64,000 nt of DNA from Octopus vulgaris. Its lineage: Eukaryota. How positions within the stretch are numbered: the stretch's first letter is position 1; each line of letters starts with the position of its first letter. This document shows positions 1-11,980 of this stretch, piece by piece. Under the pieces are notes generated by a model that had not been told where the DNA came from, did no database searches, and saw nothing but the letters and a program-made list of their open reading frames with translations. The position numbers and the translations under genes were made by a program. The stretch covers positions 6,138,001-6,202,000 of the forward strand of contig OX597843.1 in the NCBI GenBank assembly GCA_951406725.2. The letters are read 5' to 3'.

Positions 1-129
1 CCATCACTTGACAACCGATGCTGGTGTGTTTATGTTCCCGCAACTTAGCAGTTTGGCAAAAAGAGAATGATAGAATAAGCACCAGGCTTACATGAATAAC
101 TTCTCCTATATCTTTACCCCGCGGAAATT

Positions 130-740
130 ACTGTGTGTGCTTGTGTATGAGTGTGCGTCCATATGTGTACGCATATACATGTGTGTGCGTGTGTATGCAT
201 ATACGTGTGTTTGCATTGCGTGCGCCCATGTGTATTTGTGTGTTTGTGTATGCATGTGTTTGTGTGTGTCTGCATATACATGTGTGTGTATACGCATATA
301 CATATGTGTGTGTGTCTGCATATACATGTGTGTGTACACATATACATGTGTGTGCGTGTGTGTGTATGAATATAGATGTGTGTGTGTGTGCATATGAATA
401 TACATATGTGTGTGTGTGTGTACACATATATATGTGTGTGTACACATATACATGTGTGTGTGTGTATGCATATACATGTGTGTGTGTGTGCATATGAATA
501 TACATGTGTGTGCGTATGAATATACATATGTGTGTGTGTCTGCACATACATGTGTGTGTGTGTGTCTGCACATACATGTGTGTGTGTGTGTGTCTGCACA
601 TACATGTGTGTGTGTGTGTACACATATACATGTGTGTGTGTGTATGAATATACATGTGTGTGCGTGTGTGCGTGTATGAATATACATATAAGTGTGTGTG
701 TGTGTGTGTATGCATATACATGTGTGTGTGTGTCCGTGTG
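130..740. repeat. compound (TG)n/CATATA microsatellite
   Basis: Directly visible; explains the His/Thr/Tyr/Cys/Val-rich ORFs in all frames. Confidence 0.95.
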
Positions 741-2186
741 TCCAGACAGAACAATAGGCCACAGCGATGACTGAACATCACCAACCTGGAACCTATTATA
801 ACATAACTTTAAAGAATGCGCTAGAAGCGGGTATGTATATTTATAATAAATATATACCCGTTTAGTATATAAACACACCTGCGTAGTATAGGGCTGCGTA
901 TAAACACGCCGGAGATATATGATATACGGGTATTAACGGAAGGGAGAGGTATTGAACGAACCGCTTCAAAGCCATGGTGTAAATAAATAAATACACCTGC
1001 CGGGTGTATATATATATATATATATATATATATCAAAATAAGCAACAAGGATATCCAGAAGTAATGCAGTACGATCGTTTCATGCAACTCCATTTTAACT
1101 GAAAAATGCAATCATTTCATTACATCAATTTAAAATGTAGAGCAATCTTCAGCTGCACACAGAGATATAGAATTTATACTAATGTGTCCTTCTAATTCTC
1201 AACCATATTTATCTATGGACCCCTTTGATTACTGTTTCATTCTGGTCATCTCCCAAAGCCATTTGATGTTTAAAAAACTAGTTTTCTAGAAACTCCTTTC
1301 GAAATTCCTGTTTTGTTTTTCACACATTCCCTCGTGTAGGTTGAACTATGTAAAATGTGGTTCTCAACCATTTAAAAAAAAATTATTAACCCCTTTGATT
1401 ATCATTTTATTCTGGTGGACGTCCATAGCCATTTGATGTTGAAAAAACTAGTCTTTATATATAAAAATGATGTTGTGTGAGTGTCTGTCTCCTCCGATTT
1501 AGATTTCTAACTACTCCCACATTTTGCGGTGCAGACTCGCGGTTTCGATTCCCAGACCGGACCTTGTGAGAATTTATTGAGCGCAAATCACCTAAAAGCT
1601 CCACGAGCAGGCTGTTCCGTTGATCGGATCAACTGGGACCCTCGTCGTCGTAACCGACGGAGTGTCAGTGTTGCTTGTACTTAATAACTAAGTAGTAGTA
1701 TTAGTAGTAGTACGACCCTACTTATCAACGCTGCTGGCGACGGTGGTGTTATCTAATGCCGACATCATATATAATGTTTTATATTAGCCAGATAATTACC
1801 GTGTAATGGCTGTCATTATAGAAAGATATACATTACAGAGAGAAAGAGAGGAAAAAAAGAAAGAAAGAGAGAGAGATTAAGGGGTCTCGCTGGGGTAAGA
1901 AGAAGCGATGACGGGATTGGCGCAGCGGAAGGGGATTTAGTAGACGGTGGCGCGTGGACGGGGGGTGAGGGGATTGCCAAGTAATTAGGAAGGTAATTTA
2001 GTGATGGCATTGCTAATTAGACGATACGATATGGTAATGGCGATTGGTGACAGCTGTACGTGGTTGGGTGGTAAAGACGTTTGTTTGCCAACCCCATGGT
2101 CCCAGGTTCGGTGGCACCTTGGGCAAGTTTCTTTTTTATCCTCAGACCGACCAACGTCTCTCTCTCTCTCTATATATATATATATA

Positions 2187-2580
2187 GGCTTAGGAGTGGC
2201 TGTGTGGTAAGTAGCTTGCTTACCAACCACATTATTCCGGGTTCAGTCCCACTGCGTGGCATCTTGGGCAAGTGTCTTCTACTATAGCCTCAAGCTGACC
2301 AAAGCCTTGTGAGTGGATTTGGTAGAAGGAAACTGAAAGAAGCCCGTCGTATATATGTATATATATATATATGTGTGTGTGTCAGTGTTTGTCCCCCTAA
2401 CATCGCTTGACAACCGATGCTGGTGTGTTTACGTCCTCGTAACCTAGGAGTTCGGCAAAAGAGACCGATAGAATAAGTACTAGGCTTACAAAGAATAAGT
2501 CCTGGGGGTCGATTCGCTCGACTAAAAAAAGGCGGTGCTCCAGTATGGCCACAGTCAAACGACTTGAAATAAGTAAAAGA
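2187..2580 (+). mobile_element. SINE family A (tRNA-like head, internal (TA)n/(TG)n)
   Basis: Head GGAGTGGCTGTGTGGTAAG with B-box-like GGGTTCAGTCCC; more than 10 similar copies or fragments in the window (e.g. 9226-9620, 12615-12875, 13275-13812, 22140-22400, 24112-24400, 38650-38942). Confidence 0.85.
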
Positions 2581-3007
2581 GAGTAAAATAGAAAATAGGT
2601 ATCAGGATTAACAAAAAAAAAATAAAAAGAAGATAAACCCTGGGGTCGATTTGTTCAACTAAACAAACCCCTTCAAGGCGGTGCTCCAGTATGGCCGCAG
2701 TCTAGAGAAACCGCGAGACCGAAAAAGGCGTGGATGATCCGAGGCTTCGTACAGCACGGAACGAATAAAGGACAGATTATCTCTAATCCTTCTCGTCTAC
2801 TGTTAATAAACCATACCCCCATAATGATAGTTATTAGTAGCGTTTAAGCTAATCCCAGATCGCTAATCCTTAATCCAAATATCGGTTTCCTTAAAAGCGC
2901 TCTTGAAGTTTCCTTATAACGAAAAGGGTTAAAAGGAAGCTACGTGCTGCGTTCGGAATTGCTAGAAATAGCAGCTAAGTCTCTCTCAATCATACTCCAC
3001 TGTCTAA

Positions 3008-3589
3008 GGTATGTATGTATACATGTATACATGTGTGTATGTATGGATGTATATATGTGTGCATGCATCTATGTATATATGTATGTATATATGTATGTAT
3101 TATATATGTATGTATGTATTATGTATGTATATATATATATATGTATGTATTATATATGTATGTATGTATATATATATATATGTATGTATTATATATGTAT
3201 GTATGTATATATATATGTATGTATTATATATGTATGTATGTATTATGTATGTATATATATATATATATGTATGTATTATATATGTTTGTATGTATGTATG
3301 TATATATATATATGTATGTATGTATATATATATACATAAATGTATGTATGAGCCAATGAGGGAGACCTCTACATGGTAGCTTGAGCTAGTAGGAATAGCA
3401 GCCAAATTCCCCTCAAATCACATCCTACTGTCATTTATATACGTATGAGGAGCCAAGGAGGAGACACTCCCACATGTATGTATGTACGTACATACATACA
3501 TACATACACACGCATACATACATATATATATATACATACATACATACACACACATACATACATATATATATACATACATACATACACAC

Positions 3590-3620
<31 letters not shown>

Positions 3621-3857
3621 TACATACATACATATATATATATACATACATACATACATACATATATACATACATACATATATACACACACATATATATA
3701 TACATACATATATACACACACATACATACATATATATACATACACACACATACATACATACATACATACATACATACATACACACACATACATACATATA
3801 TATACATACATACATATATACATACATACATACACATACATACATACATACATACAT
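3008..3857. repeat. (TATG)n array followed by (CATA)n array
   Basis: 3008-3350 is TATG-rich and 3474-3857 is TACA-rich, separated by about 125 bp. Confidence 0.95.
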
Positions 3858-3914
3858 GTAGTGCCACTGAAAGGGTTGTATATACATTATACGTTATACA
3901 CGCCGTAAGTTTCA

Positions 3915-5080
3915 AGCGGTGGTGGTGGTCGTGGCAGAGTTGTCCGTAGAAATCGTTGACTTTGAAGCTGTCGTCTGGTTCCTTCCAAATTCTTTCCGTG
4001 TGTCGTCGGCGTCCATGCTCGCACCTGCACTTTCCCCTCCCCTTCTTTCCCTCCCTCGTGAAGCAGTGGGGAAGGGGAGGGTAGAAGAGAAATCAACGTC
4101 GTACGCGTTGCCAAGGAAACCACCGTTCTTCTCGAAGGACGACTTCATGGCTTTGAAGTCGCCATGCTCAAAGCAGAAAATGGCTGGGAAAGCCGAAGAC
4201 GAATTTACAAAATGGGGAAACACGCCACACAAAGGCAGGTTTCCCGTGCAAGGAATTTGCACAACCGAATGTATTTATTAGTTGTTGCGCAATAGACGTC
4301 ATTGATTGGTTGAAATTGCAGAAATTGAAGAAGAAAAACCAGCAAATATCTTAGAAACTCTAGAATTTTCTCAATAAAGCCAAGAGAAAGAATACGAAGA
4401 ACGGTGGTCTCCATGACAACGCTTCACAGGTGCAGGTGTGAGACTTGGACGCCGACACACGGAAAATTGGTGGTGGTGGTCGTGATGGTGGTGGTGATTG
4501 TGGAGTTGGTGGTAGTGGTGGTGGTGGCGGTCGTCGTAGTCGTGGTGGTGGGGGGGATGATGGTGGTAGTGGCGGGGGTGATGGTTGTTGTGGTGGTGGC
4601 GGGGTGGTCGTAGTCGTGGTGGTGGTGGTAGTGGCGGGGATGGTGGTGGTGGTTGCGGGGGGGATGGTGGTGATGGTGGTGGTCGTGGTCGTGGTGATGG
4701 TGGTCGTGGTGGTCGTGGCAGAGGTGTCCGTAGTAGTGGTTGACCTTGAAGCTGTCGTCTGGTTCCTTCCAAATTCTTTCTGTGTGTCGTCGGCGTCCAT
4801 ACTCGCACCTGTGCCGCTCCTCCTCCCCTTCTTTCCCTCCCTCGTGAAGCTGTGGGGAAGGGGAGGGTAGAAGGGAAATCAACGTCGTAAGCGTTGCCAA
4901 GGAGACCACCGTTCTTCTCGAAGAACGACTTCACGGCTTTGAAGTCGCCAAAGCAGAAAATGGCTGGGAAAGCCGAAGACGAATTTACAAAATGGGGAAA
5001 CACGCCACACAAAGGCAGGTTTCCCGTGCAAGGAATTTGCACAACCGAATGTATTTTGTATTTATTAGTTGTTGCACAAC
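3915..5080. repeat. tandem duplication of a ~370-bp GC-rich segment with a (GGT)n tract
   Basis: 3915-4290 closely matches 4705-5078; a short inverted remnant lies at 4396-4465. Confidence 0.85.
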
Positions 5081-5171
5081 TTTTACATAAAAAATATTAT
5101 CCAAACACAAACTTTTAAAGGCAATAAAAAGGCGAACTTACTCAGAGTCGATGTGACTATCGTCCGTCCAT

Positions 5172-5432
5172 AAGATAGATAGAGAGAGAGATATATAGAT
5201 AGATAGAGAGAGAGAGCGATAAAGAGAGAGAGCGATAGAGAGAGAGAGAGATAGATAGATATATATAGAGAGAGAGAGCGATAGAGAGAGAGAGAGAGAG
5301 CGAGCGATAGAGAGGGAGAGAGAGAGCGAGCGATAGAGAGGGAGAGAGAGAGCGATAGAGAGAAAGAGAGAGAGCGATAGAGAGAAAGAGAGAGAGAGAG
5401 AGAGAGATAGAGAGATAGAGAGAGAGAGAGAC
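5172..5432. repeat. (AG)n/(ATAG)n microsatellite
   Basis: Directly visible. Confidence 0.95.
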
Positions 5433-5995
5433 AGCAGTTGTTCGACATAAGCCCACAGATCGGAAATGGTTGGACACCACACGAGAGCGTGCAGAACGGT
5501 TTCGTCGCTCTGACCGCATCTCGGGCAGGTCGGCCCCGTGTTTCTCGAGCCGTGTAGAGCTTATATATATATATATATATATGAATAATAACAAAGGGTA
5601 AAATTAATTAATTGAGAAGTAATCAATAATTTCACCAAGTAGAATTCGGGATGAAAAAAGGACCATTTCACGGTAAACTTAAGTAATACTTAATAATTAG
5701 GGTTCAGCAAAGATTTGCTTCACCAGATACCGAAGTTTAGAAATAGCAACCAAAAAATCTTAGCTATTTCTTCTACTTTAAAAAGGGATGACCAGATATT
5801 GATTGATTTTCGTTGCTTTTACTCTCTGCCTGTGTGAATTATGTTCAAGTATTTTGGTTTCTCTAGGGGTCCCTTTTTAATGTAGAAGAAATAGCTAAGA
5901 TTTTTTTTTGGCTGCTATTTCTAAACTTCGGTATGTGGTAAAGCAAATCTTTGCTGAACCCTTATTAATAAGTATATATATATATATATATATAC

Positions 5996-6396
5996 TCTTT
6001 TCTCTTTTACTTGTTTCAGTCATTTGACTGCGGCCATGCTGGAGCACCGCCTTTAGTCGAACAAATCGACCCCGGGACTTATTCGTTATAAGCCCAGTAC
6101 TTATTCTATCGGTCTCTTTTGCCGAACCGCTATGTGACGGGGACGTAAACACACCAGCATCGGTTGTCAAGCAATGCTAGGGGGACAAACACAGACACAC
6201 ACACACACGCATATATATATATATACATATATACGACGGGCTTCTTTCAGTTTCCGTCTACCAAATCCACTGACAAGGCTTTGGTCGGTCCGAGGCTATA
6301 GTAGAAGACACTTGCCCAAGATGCCACGCAGTGGGACTGAACCCGGAACCATGTGGTTGGTAAACAAGCTACTTACCACGCAGCCACTCCTGCGCC
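5996..6396 (-). mobile_element. SINE family A, full length
   Basis: Reverse complement of the 2187-2580 family, flanked by (TA)n. Confidence 0.85.
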
Positions 6397-7452
6397 TATG
6401 CATATATATATATATATATATATATGGTGGATGGGATATACACGGCCATCTTAAGGCACGCGTATATTTCTTCAATTACATCTCCGGTGTTGCTGCTGGG
6501 AGTCAGCTCATCCGGCGCAGACTCGATCCTATGTACGTGTTTCTACATTGATGTTGATGCTGTTATACCTATTGTGCTCACTTTTGCTACACGCGTTGTT
6601 GCTGTTCCCCCCTCTTCCTTCTTCTCCTGCTGCCCCCTCCTCCATCTTCTCCATCTTTTCCTCCTCCTCCTTCTTCTTCTTGCTGCCATTTCTTGATAAA
6701 TGGCAGACATTCCAAAGAAGAGAATGGCTTTGTCTTCGACTGCTTTTAGAGAAATGTGGAGGCGGGGTGGTGCGTGTGTGTGTGGGGAGAGGATAGTGAT
6801 GGTGGTGGCGGCGTGGTGGTGGTCGCGGTAGTAACGGCAATATCATTGTTGTTGGTGCTGGTGGTGGCGGCGGCAATATTTTGCTGCTAGTGTCTGAGTT
6901 GCTGTTATTTATTGCCACAGTTGTTGTTGCTGCTGTTACTCTTTAACCCAAGGTCAGTCCTTTCCTGGTCCTTTACTGTCATGATCAAACTCGATCCGGC
7001 CGTGACCTTTTGTTTAAATGTGAACTGCAAACTACATTGTCGCGCATACGTCGCTCCTGTACTAACACAGCTGAGTGAGCATTGAAGGATATCTCAGCTG
7101 CTATTTCTAGCAATATTTCATATTACATGCTGACGGTAACTGACGGCAGTGGTAGGGGAGTAAGAGGAGAAAAGGATGGTTGTGGTGACAGTGGAGGCGG
7201 CAGCGGCGGTCCGGTGGCGAAGGCGGAAACTGCGATCGAATTGATGGTTCTGCTGACGATGGTGACAGTGTTAGTGTCTTGTAATGATGATAGTGGTGGT
7301 GATGATGGTGTTGGCGGTGGTGGTATTAGAATATTTATTTGTTTCAACCAATTCTCGCTCTCTCCACCCCCGCCATATATTCTGCCTTTCTTCTGTGGCA
7401 GGAAGAACATCCGGTCATTAAACACACCGCTGGCTTGTGTATATATGAGTGC

Positions 7453-7488
<36 letters not shown>

Positions 7489-7629
7489 ATGTGTAAACAA
7501 ACACACACTCACAATATATACTCAAACGTGTTTACATGTGTGTGAATATATTCCGTCAGAGACAGTGCATATCTACCTATTTTTTAAATCTTTGTTTTCC
7601 TATCTCTATGTATCTCACTCACTCCCTGC

Positions 7630-7690
7630 CTATCTATCCAGCCTAATCTATCTATCTATCTGTCTGTCTGTCTATCTATCTATATATCTG

Positions 7691-7735
<45 letters not shown>

Positions 7736-7796
7736 TTATCTATCTATCTATATATCTGTCTATATAACTGTCTATATCTATATATCTATCTATCTG

Positions 7797-7895
<99 letters not shown>

Positions 7896-7920
7896 GTTTA
7901 TCTATCTATCTGTTTATCTA
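7630..7920. repeat. (TATC)n microsatellite
   Basis: Directly visible. Confidence 0.95.
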
Positions 7921-8460
7921 CCTGTGTGTGTGTCTTCTAGGATCTCGGGCATCTCTCCCCTGCTCTTTTATATCTAGTCCTTACGCTGTGTTTCCTCAGC
8001 GCCTTGCAGGGGGAGAGGAGGGGAATGAAGTCCCGACCTGTTACCATTCTTGTGGCCAGTATAGAATATATTTTACCAGAACCGGTAGAGCATTGAATGG
8101 AATTGCCTTGTGTCAATTGTAATTATGATCCCTTTTTTTGTTGATGTTCTGCTTTCAAACCCCAACCAAGGTGGACTTTGTCCTGTTTTTTTTTCCCTTT
8201 TAATTCTTTATATTTTCTTTTATGTGGAATCGGTGGAGCGTTGGAGAAAAATGCCATGTGGTATTTCTTCCGGCTGTTTCCATTCTGGTTTCACATCCCA
8301 CCGAAGTCAACTTTGTCTTTAATCCCCTCCAGGGTCCTCAAAATAAAGTACCAGTCGAATACAGGGGTCGAAATAATCAACTGTGGCCCCTGCCACCCAC
8401 TAATCGCTGGCCTTATGCCAAAATTTCAGGGTCAATAAACTATCTGTGAAATATTAGGGT

Positions 8461-8502
8461 CACTTGACTAAACATAACTTCACTCATACTCAACCTGAGT
8501 GA
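8461..8502 (+). pseudogene. orphan 3' tip of a C2H2-ZnF gene ([13 protein letters not shown])
   Basis: Exact reverse complement of 28041-28082, the end of the minus-strand ZnF ORF; marks the duplication breakpoint. Confidence 0.9.
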
Positions 8503-8556
8503 CTCTGCCCTGTTCATCACTCATCTGCCAATTGACTCTCACACTCCTGCAAACCT

Positions 8557-8927
8557 ATTTCTTTACTACCCACAAGGGGCTAAACACAGAGAGGACAGAC
8601 AAAGGGATTAAGCCGATTACATCGACCCCAGTGCGTAACTGGTACTTATTTAATCGACACCGAAAGGATAAGTCGACCTCGGAGGAATTTGAACTCAGAA
8701 CGTAGCGGCAGACGAAATAGATATTTCTTTACTACCTACAAGGGGCTAAATACAAAGGTGACAAATAAGGATAGGCAAACGGATTAAGTCGATTACATCG
8801 ACTCCAGTGCGTTACTGGTACTTATTTAATCGACCTCGGCGGAATTTGAACCCAGAACGTAGCACCAGACGAAATACTGCTAAGCATTTCGCCCAGCGTG
8901 CTAACGTTTCTGCCAGCTTGCCGCCTT
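8557..8927 (-). mobile_element. SINE family B copies
   Basis: Reverse complement of the GGCGGCGAGCTGGCAGAAACGTTAGC family at 57947; partly tandem. Confidence 0.8.
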
Positions 8928-9993
8928 AATTCTTTCTCAATATTCAAAGGGCTGGGGGTGGCAAGCTGGGGTCAATGTAATCCCTTTTCTGCTCTAGGTA
9001 CAATGCCTGAAATTTCGGCGTAGGAGGCCATTCGGGTACTATTAGTGAAGACTGGACCTGGTGCGCACAGTCGCACGTAAGTAGCCGATCCTACAACGAC
9101 TTGTGCGTATGCAAATGAGTTGATTTTACAGAATAAAATAAAAGAATTTTTTAAAGAAAGTAAATAAAGTATTGTCCTCTTTTTGTTTAGCCTCTTGTGG
9201 GCAATAAAGGAATATATATTAAACAGAAGTGGCTGTGTGGTAAGTAGCTTGCTTACCAACCACATGGTTCCGGGTTCAGTCCCACTGCGTGGCATCTTGG
9301 GCAGCTGTCTTCTACTATAGCCCTGGGCCGACCAAAGCCTTGTGAGTGGATTTGGTAGACGACCAAAGCCTTGTGAGTGGATTTGGTAGACGACCAAAGC
9401 CTTGTGAGTGGATTTGGTAGACGGAAACTGAAAGAAGCCTGCTGCATGTGTGACGCAGGCATGGCTGTATGGTAAGAAGGCTGTCGTGTGTGTGGTGCAG
9501 GCGTGACTGTATGGTAAAGAAGCTTGCCTCCCAACCACATGGTTCTAGGTTCAGTCCCATTGCATGGCACCAAAATCTTGTGAATGGATTTGGTAGATGG
9601 AAACTCAAAGAAGCCCGTCGTATATCTGTATTTTTTTTGTTGTTGCCCCCCCCGTATACAAAAAAGTTCGTTTCTCGTTGTGTTCAATGTTTTTTTTTAT
9701 GTCTTGTACCCATACATGCATGTATATGTACATATTTACGTAGGTATGTATGTATATATTTATATTATATATGTGTGGTTTTTAGGGGAGTCTGGATGCA
9801 AAAGTATTCTGCTTTGAATAGAAGCGAAAGCAAAACTGAGTTGAAGAAAAAAACCCATTTTGAGAGAAAAAGTTCTAGGATGTTGTGGGAATAATGGTAG
9901 AATGTCTCTTATGTCTAATTCCACGGGCAGCCTTCAATTTTTCTTCTTTTTTTTTTAAACTTAAATATGTCATTTTTTACACAGTTTTTCAGT

Positions 9994-10158
9994 GGCGGCA
10001 AGCTGGCCCGGTCGTTTAGCGCGTCGGACGGAATTGCTTAGTTGTATTTCGTCCGCCGTGACGTCCTGGGGAGGTTCGCTTCCCCGGGACGTCTTTGCGG
10101 TCGGAGTACTTCTGAGCATTTTCGTTTGGCGCGCTAATTGGCAAGCTCGTCGCCTTTT
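9994..10158 (+). ncRNA. candidate Pol III-type 161-nt hairpin RNA
   Basis: GGCGGC...GTCGCC ends pair; near-continuous stem with many G-U pairs; TTCG apical loop within B-box-like GGTTCGCTTCC; TTTT immediately downstream; AT-rich TTAAATAT at about -33. Confidence 0.6.
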
Positions 10159-10205
10159 CGATCCCCTTTTGCATTTGACCTAGTTTAATCTGACCCCCCG
10201 TTTAT

Positions 10206-10329
10206 CGACCCCCAAATCGATAATGACTAAGAGGAAGTGACGTCAGGGACAGTGCCGAAAACTGAAACGACCCCCAAATCGATAATGACTAAGAGGAAGT
10301 GACGTCAGGGTCAGTGCCGAAAACTGAGA
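10206..10329 (+). promoter_or_regulatory. 2x62-bp tandem repeat, each unit carrying an overlapping ETS-CRE motif GGAAGTGACGTCA
   Basis: Units start at 10206 and 10268; candidate donor GAG|GTAAGG downstream at 10559/10560. Confidence 0.5.
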
Positions 10330-10609
10330 CAAACATTTATTGGAAGGAAGTCTGTTGCTCGCAGAACTTCGTGTTTGGTACACCCTCATGGAACTTTACC
10401 TTTTAATTATGTTTTTAAGTAGAAGTCTGTCTTGTATTGATGTCAGGTGGCAGAGACGGAGCCAGAGAGTTTAACAAATAGTGAAGAAAGGAAAATATAT
10501 ATTTGGTTGTCAATGGGCAACCTGTGGCCTGACGAGGACTCCCAACGAAAAGTTACGAGGTAAGGCCATTACGTTTTATTGCGCATACATACACATATAT
10601 ATAATAATT

Positions 10610-10935
10610 ATATTAATGAAATTGTTGTATACAGTGCTCAGGTGCCCCACAACTTGTTAAAAGTGCGTATAAAGCATCTGCAGTAATGTAGAAATGTCTG
10701 GGAAGTGAACAGTGTATGAGTTAGATAGATGCTTGCTTGTGTATGGAGGGGAGGAGAAGATCAGGTGTAGTGTTGGCGAATCTCAGGAAATTTTCAAGGA
10801 TGCAGTGCTCCAACAACTGATGCCGACAGTTTGTTCCATGCTTCAGCAAGTCTTAGCATGAAAAAATGTTTGCGAAGGTCATGGAAGGAGCTGTGCTGTT
10901 TTCTTACTTTGTAAACATGTCCACAGGTGTGGACA
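10610..10935 (-). mobile_element. CR1-clade LINE 3' fragment
   Basis: Partner copy 26452-26770 translates as RGHVYKVRKQH..FRKHFFTLRLAEAWNNLP, the typical CR1 ORF2 C-terminus. Confidence 0.75.
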
Positions 10936-10952
10936 TATACGTGTGTGTATAT

Positions 10953-11153
10953 CAGTGCTTTTCAACCTTTTTGCTGGAGCGGAACCCCAAGGAAACATTC
11001 CACTGGCTCGAGGAACCCCTGTGCAATAATTTAATACACTTGTGCACACATATCTGCACAGGAGACTTAAAAATTACTGCCGATTTTAGCAGTTTTGTAA
11101 CTTCTTGCGGAACCCCTGGACTTTACTGGTGGGACCCTGGTTGAAAACCACTG
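10953..11153. mobile_element. hAT-type MITE
   Basis: TIRs CAGTGCTTTTCAACC / GGTTGAAAACCACTG with a perfect 8-bp TSD GTGTATAT; related copies at 20804-20940, 26232-26432 and 36428-36575. Confidence 0.9.
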
Positions 11154-11485
11154 GTGTATATATATATATACACAAACATATACACTAATAAGGTTTATTT
11201 ATATGAATATGTGGAGGTGTATGTATAAATATCCAATTATACCAGTTTATCATTGGGGTGTTACTCCATAGCAATAATCTCTATTCATTCTAAACACTAA
11301 TTGAAGCACCCATAAGGAACCTACACGTGTGTCTGGATATTTATAACTACCTGTACGTGTATATCTTGGTGGATTAAAATTTATCTAAACATTAACACGA
11401 CATGTCTGTCCCATAAGAGCCAGAATAACACCCATTGTAACTTTTAATAAACTCATGGTTTTTAGGTTAAAATTTCACAACTTAA

Positions 11486-11685
11486 TCTCTCTCTCTATAT
11501 AAAGCTGAAGTTGTCTGTGTATGGCAGCCTTCAACTAACACTATCTCCTCCGAGACCCTGTGGGGCAAGTTGACCAAAATTGAGAGTATGATAGAAGAAG
11601 GCTTGCTCTTCCTTCCGTAGAAGAAAAAAATTCAAATCAAACCATGTTAACACAAAAAACTATTTACATCAAAAAGGTGCTTTTT
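11486..11685 (+). mobile_element. non-autonomous Helitron-like element, 5' part
   Basis: Starts TCTCTC..TATATAAAG; the same family shows a ...CCCGAGCAATACTACTAG|T 3' end at 23234 and at 16730 (minus); also 25650-25915. Confidence 0.6.
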
Positions 11686-11980
11686 GGCAATCTTTCATCT
11701 CTAGTTGACCTTTCCGTCGACTTCCGTAAAAAAATTTTTTTTATACATATGGGTTTGCAGGAACATTTGAAGTAATGAGAGCGAAAGAGACTAAGAGAAA
11801 GCGATTGTATGACGAGGGAAGTTCTTTTGAAGTTACCGTGCATGTGAAGCATTGATGTACATGTGTGTGTTTGATGTGGTGTGGGAGACAGACAGTATGT
11901 TGTGTAAGTGAAGTGCTTCGTTAGTGTGTGTGAAGAGACAGAGTAATGTGTGAAAGAAAGAGATAACTGAAATTTTGTAC
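11686..11980. mobile_element. Merlin-like MITE, truncated
   Basis: Begins GGCAAT; body matches 24895-25130 in the same orientation. Confidence 0.6.

Noticed and set aside
92-878. Long His/Thr/Tyr/Ile/Cys/Val-rich ORFs here and at 2944-3949, 53049-54017, 57048-58153 and 60751-61669
   Set aside because: Translations of stop-free microsatellites, open in several frames on both strands
7082-8122. 346-aa ORF
   Set aside because: TTG start; stitched from GGT, TA/TG and TATC repeats
9992-10183. 63-aa ORF identical in both arms
   Set aside because: GTG start and no recognisable protein; the identity is better explained by the RNA hairpin
10525-10560. CTGACGAG...CGAAA hammerhead-like words
   Set aside because: No stem II or stem I pairing, and both words are altered in the duplicate (CTAACGAG, CGGAAA)
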